A stretch of DNA of 64,000 bases from the human T2T-CHM13v2.0 reference genome, Homo sapiens: NCBI RefSeq assembly GCF_009914755.1, contig NC_060930.1; one strand, 5' to 3'. The notes under the pieces are model-generated. The model had not been told where the DNA came from and did not search any database. It saw nothing but the letters and a program-made list of their open reading frames with translations. Within the stretch, counting starts at the first letter, position 1. The number at the start of each line of letters is the position of its first letter. Shown here one piece after another: positions 15,243-29,829 of this stretch. Both the position numbers and the translations under genes were made by a program.

Positions 15243-15588
15243 CAGTGTCTCTTGGTCTTAAATAATATGTGGTCTTATGTTAATGGAAAAATGTCTCTCA
15301 GGCCCCAAGAATACATTAGTGAATCCTAGTTTGAGAAGTAGTATATTAAGAATTAAACATAGTCACTATAACTAACATAAAATATCATAAACATAATATC
15401 AAAATAAGATCCTGAAATTATGTGATAATTGTCAGTTGCAAAAATTGTCAATGAGAGTATCAGAATATAATCGTATTTATATAATAATATGAAGACACCA
15501 AAACAAAGCATCTTGTAGCACTCTCAGACTCCCAGGAATGTGTTCATAGATCCTCAGGTGTCCCTAGTCTATATTTTGAGAAATATTG
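15243..15588. mobile_element. hAT-Charlie (MER5/Charlie-like) non-autonomous DNA transposon inserted into a MIR
   Basis: TIR-like ends cagtgtctct...gagaaatattg; 8-bp TSD atctaatc/atctaaac resembling the Charlie nTCTAGAn target. MIR-like sequence on both sides (gaattagaaagataatcta / tttttacagatgag...gacttaccca). Confidence 0.6.
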
Positions 15589-18500
15589 ATCTAAACCAAC
15601 TGCATTCTTTTTACAGATGAGTGTCATCCAGAGTGTTTGTGACTTACCCATTTTATAAAGACAGTGGAATATCTGGGATTAGACAGGAGTCTTGAATAAA
15701 TGTAAAGTGTGTGCACATGCACTCTTAATTCAAAATCCCCTGCCTTCCACGAGGAAGATAATAGAAGTTTTGGACCCGTTATACAATGTTCTGTTGTTCA
15801 TGGCAAAATTATTCACCAGCTAACCACAGAATGACTTGAGACAATAGTGTAATATTTGATGGAGGAATTATATTTAATATTTTGGATAATTTGAGTTTGG
15901 ATTTATTAATATGAGAAATTTGAAAGGTACACAGTGTTTTTGCTTAATTCAGATTTTATTTGCACAAATAGAAAGTATAGAAAATGAATTTTAGTAAAAT
16001 TTAGTGAGCATGATATCCATAAATGTTTGCCTGTTATGGCTTTTATCTACTGATAAAGAAGATTAGAAAAAAAACTAGACACTTGAAAAATTTTTTTTCA
16101 TTGATAATTTTCCCATATAATTTTGAGTAATCTGAGTAATAAAATATACCTTTCAGTAACTCTTTCATGCAGATATTCAACTATGCAATATCCTGTATTG
16201 AGCTTCCTCTCTATGGAAAGCCTTGTTCCATATTATAAGTGAAACCTGTATCAAATTACCAGTGCCTTGGGTTGTTTAAACTGAGATCACCTAAGTTTGA
16301 GGTACAACTGCTTTCACCACTTAGCATGATTCATATTTCTCTATTTCTTTTTTGGGGTATATTTTTTAAGGTTAAAAAAGATAAAACAGGGTTAAGATAT
16401 TGAAAGCCAACTTTCTGGGACAGCAGAGAAAATGTACACGGACAACTCTTTCATTGTTATCTGGGAAAAGATGTTTTAAATCGTGGATGAGAATGATGTA
16501 TAAATTTGAGTACTTTTGATTAAAATATGAAGTTATTGTTGGTTCAACAAATGCAAGTTTTATGTCAAAGGAAATGAAAAAAATGTTTGCTCCACAGGCG
16601 ATTTTTGATAGAAGATATCTGGTAGCTTTTTAAAAGCTCATGGTTAATCCTACAAAATTGCTTTTAAAATATTTTAAGAGAATGAGTATTAATAGTAAAG
16701 TTATTGTTTTTAAATACATTAAAATCTGAAAACACCTGAAAATATGAACTATGCTGTTTTATTCAAAAGTTTAAGTTACTACCTATATTAAAATAAAAAA
16801 TATTGAAGAGAATACAGCACTATGGAGAGTATTCTTTTAAGTTTATAACTGGTATTTTTAGATAGAAAAATTATGCTATATAAAATTAAATATCAAATAA
16901 AGGAACATTTTTATAAGAAGTGGTATTGGCATTACTATTTAAAGCTTATTTTAGTATACAGATCAAATATGAAAGAAATGAATATAAGATGGAGTCATAA
17001 TTTATTTACAAAACTCTAGTTTATAGCAGATGGCTCTTTCATCGTGCAAGGAATTCAGTGCCCACATCTTAGGTTTGTTTCATTCCTGCTACTTTTTTTT
17101 TTATAAGCCTATTTATTTTACCATTTTACAGAAATTTATTGTTAACAGTCTTAGTTTGAAATAATGGTAAACTCACAGAAGTGATTAGAAGACTATTTTA
17201 TATTGATTAGACATAATTTTTAAACTTATTTATTTAAAGTTTCTTCATAAAACATATATATAGAGAGAAATAAATGATTACAAAAATAAAAAACAGTGCA
17301 TCTAATTTACGAAGTGCTTTATATTTCTATTGGATTTAATTTGGAAATTAACTGGAAGGCAGAGCAAGCTGAGGTCTGGTATATTTGGCCCCACTCTGGG
17401 GAAGATTTCTTGGTCAGTTATTTAAAGCTTCACTCTCTCTTCTTATCTTACATTCCCATCTGTTCTCACTTTAGGGTATGGGAACTTTTTCATTCTTTTC
17501 TTTTACTTGACACATACTATAACTTAAAATGCTTCTTTTAGGGAGTCATGAATTGTGCACCGTAATTTGTGGAAAAGTGCAATGACTATAGAGTTTAGAT
17601 AATTCATTGTTCTTTTTATTGTGTATTTTAAGCAAAGATTTTATTGTTTCAGAAAATTATATGAATGAATTTTATTTGATGCTTGTATGCTTCAGCTTTA
17701 TGTAACCCCAGGTTTTTTTAAGAAAGCCTTTAGTGTGTAAAAGTGTTAACCTCATCTATTTTAATATCACCCAAATTAATTTATATATTCTAGAATGTAA
17801 TGTTCAACATAGCTATTATTTATTTAAATATTAAGACCAAATAGTTTATGGTATTTTGGCTGGTTTAAATAGAGTAAATTTTTTTAAGGATTGTAAATCA
17901 GCCTTTATTATTAATTTCCAACACACCTGCATAATGAAAAAACAAATCCTGAGTCTGATAAGAGTTGTGTGATAATTTTTTTTAAAGTTATTGTTTATTT
18001 CTCCTGCTTTGGATTCAGTGCTTAAAAAGAGTGCCAGAAATTTTAGGGATGTGGTTGGCTTAAGATTTGAGTTTTTTTTTTTTTTTTTAAATCACATGGA
18101 AGCAATAAGTCTGCAATAAAGAGTCCAATTGGAGAGGATGGTAAGTTTCCATACCATTGTTACATCCTTTCTGTGCGGTCTCTTTTCTTAGCATAAGAAC
18201 TCAGAAACTGTGGATACCAACATATATTTTTTAAGATTATCAGATTCTAATAGTTCAAAGGATTTTTATAGGGCCTATACAAGTCATTATGTAAAAGAAA
18301 ACTTTTAATAACTTTCAAGTTAAAGGAATTTTTGCTTTTTTCAGTGTTTCATGTTAGAATAGTTTATGGAGAAGGATTTTTTCTTATAAACTTATTACTA
18401 CTAAATTTCCAAGCACTTTGTTTAAAGATATCAATCTGAAAAGAGGGGAAAAGGTCCTATAGGGTCTTGAATTTTTACCATTCTGGAAAACATGTTTCAT

Positions 18501-18984
18501 TAAAATTGCCGTGCTGGTAAATTGTCATCAGAGAAAACTATCAGATTAGTAATTTGATGAGTAGTTTACTGCAATTTTATAATCTCAGTTAACAAAAAAT
18601 TTACCAGTGATACAAAACCTTTCCTAATAGCAACAGATAAAACAATCAGGAGAAGTATACTTCTGTACTAAAAGATGGAGCCAGAGCATCAGAAAAACAG
18701 TTTAATGTGGAGTGTTTGGATATAGGATGGCATTTTAAAACTGTAGTTTCTTCCTGAAGCCTGTTTAGTATTCTGTAAACAGCTTCTGTGACCACAGATA
18801 GGAACCAAAGTCTAAATCACTCTGGGGATATATTGTGGATTGGGCTGCTTCATTACTGTTTGTAGTTAAATCCATGTTATACTCTGTTGGTTCTTCTCCT
18901 TGCCCTAACCACACCTGGTCTGCTTCCATGTCATCTTCTCCTTTGCTTGTTTAGTTTCCACCTCCAACCCTTTCCCCATTCTTT

Positions 18985-19235
18985 TTTTTGAGAGGGAGTC
19001 TCGCTCTGTCGCCCAGGCTGGAGTGCAGTGGCGCAATCTCGGCTCACTGCAACCTCCGCCTGCCGGGTTCAAGCAATTCCCTGCCTCAGCCTCCTGAGTA
19101 GCTGGGATTACAGGCACCTGCCACCCTGCCCAGCTAATGTTTGTATTTTTAGTAGGCACGAGGTTTCACCATCTTGGCCAGGCTGGTCTTGAACTCCTGA
19201 CCTTGTGATCCACCGACCTCGGCCTCCCAAAGTGC
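18985..19235 (-). mobile_element. AluS (Sg/Sc-like), lacking about 30 nt of its 5' end
   Basis: Alu consensus match; TSD ctttccccattcttt at 18970-18984 and 19236-19250. Confidence 0.95.
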
Positions 19236-19461
19236 CTTTCCCCATTCTTTCCTGGGACGTCTCAACCATTTGCATGGTTACTCTTGAAACCTTCAAATTT
19301 GAAACTTTCAAGGTTTGACCTGTTGAGCTTTAGACCCAAAATTCCAACATTATGCTTATTTTGGTAGAGATAAAACATTTGTGTAATAAAATGATTATCT
19401 GGAAAAATTTGAATGTGAAACAATGAGAAAAGGTAGGCATATGCACATGGTTATTTGCTAG

Positions 19462-19967
<506 letters not shown>

Positions 19968-20853
19968 TGAAAGCATCCAATGGATCCTCATTGGGTCTAG
20001 CAAAAAAATCTTTATGTCGGCATTCAAGATCCTGATCTACTCAAACCAGTCTTCCAGTGTTATTTCTCACATCCCTTTTTGACTCCAGTATGCAGATCAC
20101 ACTGGCCTACTGGCTATTTCCTGAATGATAAGTATTTCTTATAACCATCCTTTATTAAGTATTCTGGGGATAGCCTTAATATGGGCATTTCATCCAAGAA
20201 TTGGTGTCCTTGTTTTAGAGACACTTAGAGTTTATTAGAAGTCGATGATAAACAGGTAGTTATAGTACATGTTAGAATGGAATATTCAGAGAACTATAGG
20301 ATTATAAAATACTTGCTCATTTAACCCATATGTGGCAGCTAAGTTAACTCATGAAGGATAAGTATGAACTTGGTAGTGAAGGTAGGTGGGTATTTCAGGC
20401 AGAATGAACTATATGAATAAGGAATTAGGCAAAGGATTTGCTATGGAAGGAATTAAAGTGGTTTTGTGTGTTTAAAGACTAGCATGTGAGGCTGTAGCGT
20501 AAGGTAAGCGTTGACAAGTAGGTAAGAATTAGATCCTGAAGAATCTTAAATATTAAGGAATTTGTTTTTATGTGGAGGAAATAGATATGACAGAGTAAAG
20601 CCAGCTCACATAGATGTAACTTCCAGTTTTCTCATGTAATATATATAAAATATACTTTATGGAGTTCTTGGCAAATAGAAAGTAGTAGGAGCTGAAAATA
20701 TTACTATAATTATTTAAGGCAAAAGAATATAAGTGAAGAATTTTAAGCAGGAGATTAATATAGATTTAAAAGTTAGAAAAACTCCTAGGTAGTTGTGTAG
20801 AGGATACACTGGGGAGGAGTGAGAGAGGAAGTGATGGAGAATTGCTAAAAAGC

Positions 20854-21170
20854 TAGTCACAGACTGCAAAACAACATTTTGGTCAACAATGGACCACATA
20901 GAAGATGTTGGTCCCATGAGATCATAGTGGAGCATAAATAGAAACCTAATAATATGGTGCTTGATGTGGGCATTGCAGATCAAGTATGGGAAATGATTGA
21001 TATTTAATGCTGCTTCTGGGATATTTGGTTTTCCATGTGAAAAAATATGTATATAAATAAAAATATATATCATCTAGGTTTGTGAAAGTATAGTCTGTGA
21101 TGTTTGCACAACCACAAAATTGCTTAATGCGTTTCTCAAAATGTATTCCTGTCCTTGTGACTCATTACTG
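20854..21170. mobile_element. Tigger3-family (TcMar) non-autonomous DNA transposon inserted in L2
   Basis: aacaacattttggtcaacaatggaccacata...ggtcccatgagat and ggtttgtg...tgatgtttgcacaac...tttctcaaaatgtattcc...actg|ta match Tigger3/GOLEM ends. Confidence 0.75.
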
Positions 21171-22050
21171 TATGTGATTAAACTAGGTGAGATTTGACGG
21201 TCTTCTAAACCAAGGACATGGGAGTAGGTTAGAGAAAGGTGAATTTTTCAGATAGTAGGAGAGAGAATCTGAATGAAAGACTTGCTGACTCACAGGAGTG
21301 GGGTGGGGATTGAAGTGGATGAGGGAGAGGCAGACAGAAGTCAAGAATAAAGCATAGCTTGGTTTCTAGGTTGGATGATTTTTGAATAGAGGTGCAGTTT
21401 CACTGAGATGGGGAATATCATTGAAGAACAGGTGTATGCGTGTGTGTGTGTGTGTGTGTGTGTATAAGGTAATGAGTGCATTTTAGATTTGTATCTGAAA
21501 TGGGGATGAAAATGTGTTTCTGGAGCTCAGGAGAGAATCTAAGGTGTAGGAAATGGGTAAGGATTCATTCTCTTATACTGATATACTGGTGGCTGAGTTC
21601 ATGGGTATAGATAGGGTCACATAGGAAGAGATAATCTTAAGAAGGGAAAGTTTCTGAAGAAGAAGCTGCCTGGGTTGAAGAAGAAGCCACACCAACATTT
21701 AAGAGAAAGAAAGGAAGTTATGAAGCAGAGTGAGAGGGAGTGGCTTCAGAAAAGGAAGGGAGTAGGAGAGAGCCATTACATGAGACAAGTGCAGAAGAGT
21801 TTGACAATAGCATATATGGCCAAGAATATTAAATGCTTCCAGAATTTAAGACAGCTAAAGACTAATGGTCCTACCTTGCATGTAGCAACTGGAAGACACT
21901 GGTGACTGATGAAAACAGAAGGGTGGCCAGGAAGCCAGACAACATTTAGACTGGTGAGTGAGTAAGTAGTGAAGACTTGAACCGATGAATATAGACTACC
22001 ATTTCAAGAAACTTGACTTTCAAGGAAAGGAGAGGAATGAAGTAGTTAGA
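21171..22050 (-). mobile_element. Degenerate L2 LINE fragments (also about 20180-20850)
   Basis: ggtttctaggttggatg...ttcactgagatgggg, tctggagctcaggagaga and atagactaccatttcaagaa are typical antisense L2 motifs. Confidence 0.7.
21440..21463. repeat. (GT)12 microsatellite
   Basis: Direct reading. Confidence 0.95.
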
Positions 22051-22269
22051 GCTAGGTTTGATCTCTTAATGCTATTCACTTGGCATAGAATGCCATTTAT
22101 TTCCTCAATTTGCAGTCCTCCCTGGCAGCCTGCCTGTCTTCTCCCTCTCCTCCCTGCCCCTCTCCCTGTCCTCATTCTCTCCCTTCCCCTCCAAACCATC
22201 TAGCAGTCGGTTTTTAAACATCTATCAAACCTGACCTCTTTTTTCCATTTTCCTAATAAACTCTAAATG

Positions 22270-23050
22270 AACTTAGAAAAAAAAAAGAAAACCACTAAAT
22301 CTAAAAGGAAAAGGTAGAAAATAGCTTATATTGGGATGGGCAAGACATTTTTAATCAGAAAATTAAAAGGCAGCAGACTCAATCATACTGTTACAGAGAA
22401 ATATATTTGCATAAAATGGAAATTTTTGTATGGCAAAAACAAGCATGATTTTAAAAACAATGACAAATGAGAATATGTTGTAACACATGACAGAGAACTA
22501 ACGTGTACTCTGTTAAGCATTCTTAAATGTCAATACGGAAATTAATAGGGCCTTTATTTAAAGGGTCAGAAACAGATTAGTTTTATAACTATAGCCAGCA
22601 AACATGAAAAAATATGCCACTTACTATTGATAAAATGCTAATTTTAAAAATGTAATATCGTTTGTTACTTATAAGAGTGGGACTGCTTAAAAATGAATTT
22701 TATTTTCTGCTGAGATGATGTAGAATGTGAATGTATTAATAGAAATTGATTCACGTTTCCAGGATATCAGATTGAGAATGTGTATCAAGACTCTTCAAAG
22801 TGTAGATTTCCTTTGATTCAAGAATTCTAGGAATCCTCACTTAGGAGTTAAACACAAAAATATGTATTCATCTCAGTGTTGTTCGTTCGATAGGAAAATA
22901 TCGGACACATTATTAATGACAACAACAGGAATATATTTTAATAAGTTATGATTTGTCCACTTGATGAATGTTATGGATTTATCAAAATCATTAAAAGAGT
23001 AGTTGATAACATTGTAATATTTGCATGAATAAAATAGTAAATGAAAACTC
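22270..23050 (+). mobile_element. Highly diverged L1M(E)-type 3' fragments
   Basis: gggatgggcaagacatttt, aaatttttgtatggcaaaaac, aacatgaaaaaatatg and tttgattcaagaattc resemble the L1 ORF2 3' end. Confidence 0.5.
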
Positions 23051-26000
23051 ACCTGTATGCAAACCTACAGGTACTTTACTTGCTCAATGTTGTGAAAAGA
23101 AAAAAGAAAAAAACTTTATATATACATACATCTAGGCATAGGAAAAGAAACTTGCACTATAAGTCTTTTATTGATTTGTATTTTCTAATTGTTTCTTCAT
23201 TTTTATGTACATACATGTCACTTTTTTAATAATTAAAAGCTTTATTATATGTAGATGTTTCTCTCACATGACATGGTTATTCTTTTAAATCTTCCTAGTT
23301 GTTTTAAATTAAAAAACCCATTTTGCTTATAAAGTTGTTTTGCAAAGATTTCATATTACTTATTTTGACATAATTCCTTTATCATGTACATTTGAGTTTT
23401 GGGATTTACCATTCATAGTGATGGTGGTTACTTACTCAGAATTGTCATGTGGGATGATTTTAAAACCAATGCCACCTCACCGCATAAGATTTGGTTTTTC
23501 TGCAGGTTAGTGTCTGTCTTCTACAGGTATGGCATATTTTGATTCATTGCTCTTATTACAGAAGTGAAAGCAGCATTGTATTGGGGTATTCAGATTATTT
23601 AATTTTTCTGTATTAATCAGTAATGATACTGAAACTGACATTACTAGCATGTAATTGATACTAACATTGGGTTCACTGCTTATTTTCCATCCCTCTTTTT
23701 GGTATTGAATTTATCATGAATTGTCATCATTCTTTTTGAAGTCTTTCTGGATTTAAGCCAGTCAGAAAAAAGATCATATTTCATCTCCCTGAGTAATAAG
23801 TGCCCCAGTTTCTCTCATGCAATTCTTGGTATTTCTGTAGTCATAAGTAGTCCCCCTTGAATTCAAAGGTGCATTCATACCAAGCTCCTCTACTCTTTCT
23901 CTGTTGTCACCCCAGTAAGCTAAGGAAGACATTTATATTTACATATTTACCAATGAAGTTTCGTAGACTGAATGGACTATTAATTAGTAAAATAGATTCT
24001 CTGAAGGAAAGCATTACTTTATTTAAAAAGTTAATGGTGATTTCTATGACTTGGTCCCTTTTTGTTGTTTTTTAATACCTTAAAAGTTGTAGTTTCCATT
24101 CATTGCATTGATCCTTGAAAATATGGCTGTATCTTCAAAGAAAATTATAGTGGATTTAAAATATTTTCTTATTTGGTATGAAATGATTGTATTTCAGTAT
24201 GTATATTTTAAAATGTACAGCCTTATCTTCAAAATTTTCTAACTACAATAAGGTTATTTAAAATTTTATACATGAAAGACAGCAGATAATGTATCCATAA
24301 CCTGGCTGATTCTCTTGGCCACCTTGTACAACATTTTAGGCAAAAATGAAGACACATATTCAATTTGCCAAGAAATGTTAGCCATGTTTTGTCAGCATTG
24401 TATTCACAATCAGTAACAGGATGGGTCTGCCTCCTGGAGACAGAACTAAATTTCTCATTTTGTCATGCCCTTTGTAGGCAATAATGTTGGTGATGTTGAT
24501 AGCTCATTTTGGTTTGGTAATTTAGGGTAATTAAACTTACAGATCAACTCAGTTTGTGTTTTGTTATGAGGGCCATTATCTATTTTCATGAATGAGTTCA
24601 CAGCTCACTAAAATATAGTCGAGTTTAAAATAGACATTAAAATAGAGATTCACTACTGCTGATGCATTTTCTCCTCAATTTGAAGTTAAACACTTGTGAA
24701 AATTAAGACAAGTTAAAATCAGCACTTACTGCAAAAACAAGAATTTGAAAATGAAGGTTAAAAGCAGAAATCATCTAGTTGATAATTGTTTTGATTTTTC
24801 AAATCTATCAATATTAATGTGAGTCTTTAAGATATCTGAAAATTTCCATTTGATTGGAAAATGTTGGATGTTTGATCATTTTCTTTCAAGTTAACTTAAA
24901 GAAGTGACTTTATTTTTGCTTCTTGATTCATTTGAAGAGACATAACTTTTTTGTTTTAATCCTTTAGAGGATCAGATAATGACATTTGCTGTTTAAGACA
25001 GTTTATATTTCAGATGGCACAAAGAGTCTATTTGTCTTTATCAAAATTATTAGCTGAAAAGGATATAATTCATGACTGTTCTTTAAAGGGGATCTAAATA
25101 TTTATGTTTTTAAAAATGCCTTAAGGTGACTAACATTTCTAAACCTATATTTGTATCATCCACATTTGTAATTGTGCCATTGCTTAAAACAAGTCCTCAT
25201 TGTGTCCTGTCTTTTGACAGGATTAGTTTGCTCTCTTAATTGTAACACATTTTCATTTCTTTTCTGGATTGATTTAAATTCTGGGCTTCAAAAAGCAATA
25301 GCATAAAATAGTCACCATGCCTGTATTATTAGCTGCTTTCAGAACCACTCAGACAATGTTTTCTCTGAGATGGCTTGTATTTTTAAGTGTTGCATTTTTC
25401 TTCTTGTTCTGCTAGTCTTTTTTCTAATAGCAATGGTTAACTCTAATTTATATTAGCAGTTAAAAAAACTGAAACTTAATCTTGCCTTTTCAGCTCATTA
25501 CTGAAGAATCTCCTGCCTCTGCACTCTGACACAAAATTTATGCTTTATTTTTTAACCATGAACTTTTCTGGGCATAGAGTTCTACCTAAGTGTACATAGC
25601 TGAACAACTTGAGTGTATTTTGTGAGTAATATTCCAACATCGCACAATTCTAAATTTTATTGAAACCAGCTTTTCTGTGGCAGTCCCAATACACAGTTCA
25701 AGTACATTAAAATAATGAAGTACTGCATAAATGTTGATAAAATAGTCTTCTAATATGATGGAATGCCTAATTATGTATTCTGTTATCAATTTACCTAATA
25801 AATTAAATGCAGTTTCAATTTTAATAAAACCCGTGTACTTTATAAAAATAGGACCTTTACTAACCTATATCTATACTGAGTCATGGGAGCCACAGTAGCA
25901 TGGGTAAATCCTTCTGGTAGTAAGCATGGATACTCATATCTGTTCAGAGAACCACAGTATCTTTTCTCCTTTCTGCCTGCCCTCTTGCTGCTCTTTCTGC

Positions 26001-27903
26001 CTTTAAAAAACAAACAAACAAACAACTTTCCGGGCAGTGTCCTCCATGCCAGTCTTGTGAACATGTGGACCTTTGCAGCAAAACTATAATATTTTTTGTC
26101 ACCATGGGTAAACTAAGCATTATTTTGGGTAGTTTGTGCTTATGAAGGCTTTCTCCATCCTAGTAGACTAAAATAGAAGTATCCTGTAATATTAGATGAA
26201 AGTAAGGGAATGAGGTTTGATGTAGGCATATCTTTTTTTCCTCCCTTGGGGTTGATCAAAGATGATACTCATTAAAAATACTATGAAATTGCTTAATACC
26301 TTTCGAAAAGCATTTGTAAAGTGGATCTTCTGTCAGTATAAGGGATAAGTGTGTCTCTGTGTGTGTGTGTATATGTGTGTGTGTAGTAAGAGATGTTGAT
26401 TCTCCCTACATTAACTTTTCAACCTGAAGAATATATGAATTAACTTTTTAAATTGATACTTTTTTAAACAGTGTAATTAAATGAGGTGTGATATATGAAT
26501 TTTCTGCTTATGCTGTTAATTTTCTCCAAGGATATCATAGCTAACTGTAGCTTTACTGTTGCTACTAGAAGATATTTGGGCGATCAGCACAATACATAAT
26601 TAAGAAAGAGATTCTTCAAATATAAACTAAGGAAAAAAACAAGTGGGAATTAGGAAAAACATTTAAAAACAATTTCTCCTTAGAGTAAACCCAATTTTAA
26701 TTTTTCTTTTTAGAACAAATGTCTTATTTTGAAATGCTGGTTAGGCTATTTGAAGAGATTTGCTAAATACTTAAACATTCATTTGTATGACTTTTCTTAC
26801 TACTTGCCTTGTTACTCAAAATTGGGACAAAATATTTTGTTTATTGATGAAGACACATTTAGTTAATAATATAAAGCAGCATTATCTTTAACATCAACTT
26901 CACATTATATGTTAAAAGATTTCTTTAGAACCAGAGGCTTGGCTCACTGACTACCAGCTATTGAATTATTTTCCTTAGGGACAAACTCTTAGCCTTAAGT
27001 TAATGTCTTCTGAGAGGGTAGAATTCCTTATTATACACATATGGATAATTGCTTTGAGTTAATGGGGAGGATAGATGGGCTTCTCAGGTACTGGTTCATT
27101 GAAAGTTTTTTGCCTTTCAACTATGAAACCAGCAGTACAGCATTTTTAAATTGATAAGTGTTTCATAGACAGAGTCTGAAGCCCTGTGTTATTAATGAAG
27201 GTTTTCATTAGTAAAAGTTTATTTTTTTGTGTCACAGAAGTAGAGTATGATTACTTATATTTATCTTTTTATGACATATACAAGGCAAGCATTTAAGGGT
27301 GATTTTATTACATTTGCATTGGTGTTCATCAGTCTTTGGTCATCTGTCTATCAAGTAGAGCTGGCATCTATATTACAATAATTTTCTTTCAAGAAGAAAT
27401 GTTCAGAAATATACAGTAAGTGACCATAGTTTCAGCTTCTATGTCAGGCCAAAGGGAGGTGAACTGGTGGGGAGTGAGTAGATTAGACCCACTTGTTGTT
27501 GATCCAACTGTTAAAAACATTGTTCTCTTTCCCACCAAGCTCCTAAATTCTTATTTACTTGCCTAAACAGGAAGCTTGCATAGAGTCAGAGAGATCCCAA
27601 GCTGGTAATGGAATAATGATGACCATATACTTTGTCTTCTGTAGTGGGACAACAGACATAAAGTGAGGTTGTTTGATGTAAACCAGGATGTTCACTTACA
27701 TAGTTTTCATGCTACTTAATGGGAATATGTCAGCCACCATAGTATGCAATTAAAATTTAAGAGATTAGTGATAATGGAGTTAGGACTGTATAGCAATTTT
27801 TCTAAATCAAATTTAGGCCTCTTAATGTCTGAGAACTTTAAAAAGATCAAGAACATAAATGCTATTCCTTGGTTCAGTGATTTTTTTTTTTTTAATGTAA
27901 TGT

Positions 27904-28322
27904 TGATACAGGATTTTTGCTCTTTTAGCTCAGCTAGGTCCAGGTTCTTGTCTCCCAACCAGGAAAAATTAGGCGTGCAGACACCAGAGAGTGAGTGGAA
28001 CAGAATTTATTAAGCAAAAGGAAAGTTCTCAGCAAAGAGACGGGTCCTGTAAAGCAGGTTCCTGGTTGTTCCCTTCCAGTTTTGAATACAAGGGCTTTTA
28101 TATAAAAGCTTGATGGAGCTGGATTCCCTGTTTGTATAAGGTGGGAATTCCTGGTGGCTCCACCCCATTCCCCCTGGACGCATGTGGGCACTTAGTCTGC
28201 TGAGGGCATGTTTAGACAAGCCCCCTGTGCACGTTCCCTTATCTGCACAAAACATGGGTCAGAGGTTTGCCTGGGACCCTTCCCTTACTTTCTGCCTAAA
28301 GCAAGCTGGTTAACTCCTTTCA
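27904..28322 (-). mobile_element. ERV1 (MER4-group, MER61/MER52-like) solo LTR
   Basis: TG...CA termini (tgatacagg...cctttca); exact 4-bp TSD ATGT at 27900-27903 and 28323-28326; minus-strand AATAAA (tttatt near 28006) and TATA (tttatata near 28097). Confidence 0.85.
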
Positions 28323-29829
28323 ATGTCAAAGAAAAATTTGAGGTTTCTTCGCCAGTAGCTACTGCTTCTTGTTCACTTCTATAATTTATTCTTAGTTAGT
28401 GACAAACTACTCGAGAATCATTGAATGACTTACAATTTGTTGTGTTGGAAATTAAATAATCCTCAGTAGTTCGATAATATCAATGATTCCTAAATAACTT
28501 AAAAGCTTTTTTTTTCCAAATTGGGTGTTAGTAGTTAGTATTACGCACAAAATGAAGATAAAATATAATTATATGATTTAGTATGCCTTTTACTTTTTAG
28601 CTGCTCGAGTAAGTGAAAAAATGATCCTTTCTATTAATAACAACTTTTAAAGTTTTACAAGCATGGTGTTTTCAAATAATTGCTAAAGGGGCAAATTACA
28701 CTGTTATTTAATAGTGAATTAAGGATCTAGGGAGAATTGTTAAGCATTTCATTTTATTATTTCAGTAAACTTCACTTTCATTAAATCATATTGTTAAAGG
28801 CCTGAAATTCTATAAAAATTTGTTTAATGGCATACTGACATGTTGTTATTCATCAACCTTAGGGTCTACGTTTTTGAAAAATATGATGAGAAAAGCCCAT
28901 TTGGCAAGATCAGGATCTCATAGAAAACAGGGATTTAGAAGCAAATAAATATGACATTAAATATACTTGAAATGTATATTTAAAATAAGGACATGACTTC
29001 CTAAAGAAACTGGAATAATGAGTATTTGCCAACTGTGTAGATACCCCTCCCCTGAGTGATCTTCTGTTCATAAAATAATGCTGCAATATGTGATTGCCTA
29101 AGCCGACTGTACTTTGTCTTAAGGTTTTTAAACTAACTTGTATTATAATAAAAGTTAGTCATATATGTATATATAAATATATACCATATATATGTGTATT
29201 TTTTTCTCTTAAATACTGTGAAAATGCCCAGCCTTTTCAGATATTACTCTGAGAGTTAAGGGTTGATTTTCATTGCCTGGTCTTTGTTCATGTGTGGAAT
29301 GGCTGAGTAAGTAACACATAGCATTGGGAAGCTTAGGGGCAGGGATGGAGGGGTAGGGAGCATTAATGGTTAAGTGAGCATTTTGTTTAAGGGGACAGAA
29401 CATATCTGTGTGTATATAAATAGATGTCACATTTTAAAATTCTAGTAAACACAGAGCTGTTTTCTCAAAACATAGATTTGCTAAGCCCTCATTGAGGGAT
29501 TATTGAATGGCCAATTCATGTATATCTAGAACTTACTCATATATTTCCTCGCTTTTTGTGAGGAAAGAGTAGTTCTTCTAATTGTTCTTTTTATGGTTCT
29601 GGTAAGGCATTTTAGACAGTATGGTTGCATATAAAATTTCATTGCAGAATCTAAAATTCGAGCTAAAAATAGCCATTTTAAAATTGATTCCATGAGTACT
29701 TTACGGGTTATACATAGTACATTGTTGAACTTCTCCCTTCTTTGAAATAGTGAGACTGCCAAGTATATCAGGAGATGAAGTGATTATCAAACTGCACTGA
29801 TTAATAGCAAAAAGATCAAAGGAGACATA

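Noticed and set aside
25840-26100. Possible ancient LTR fragment (similar weak signals near 47180-47340 and 61560-61940)
   Set aside because: No termini, TSD or family match that I could establish by eye
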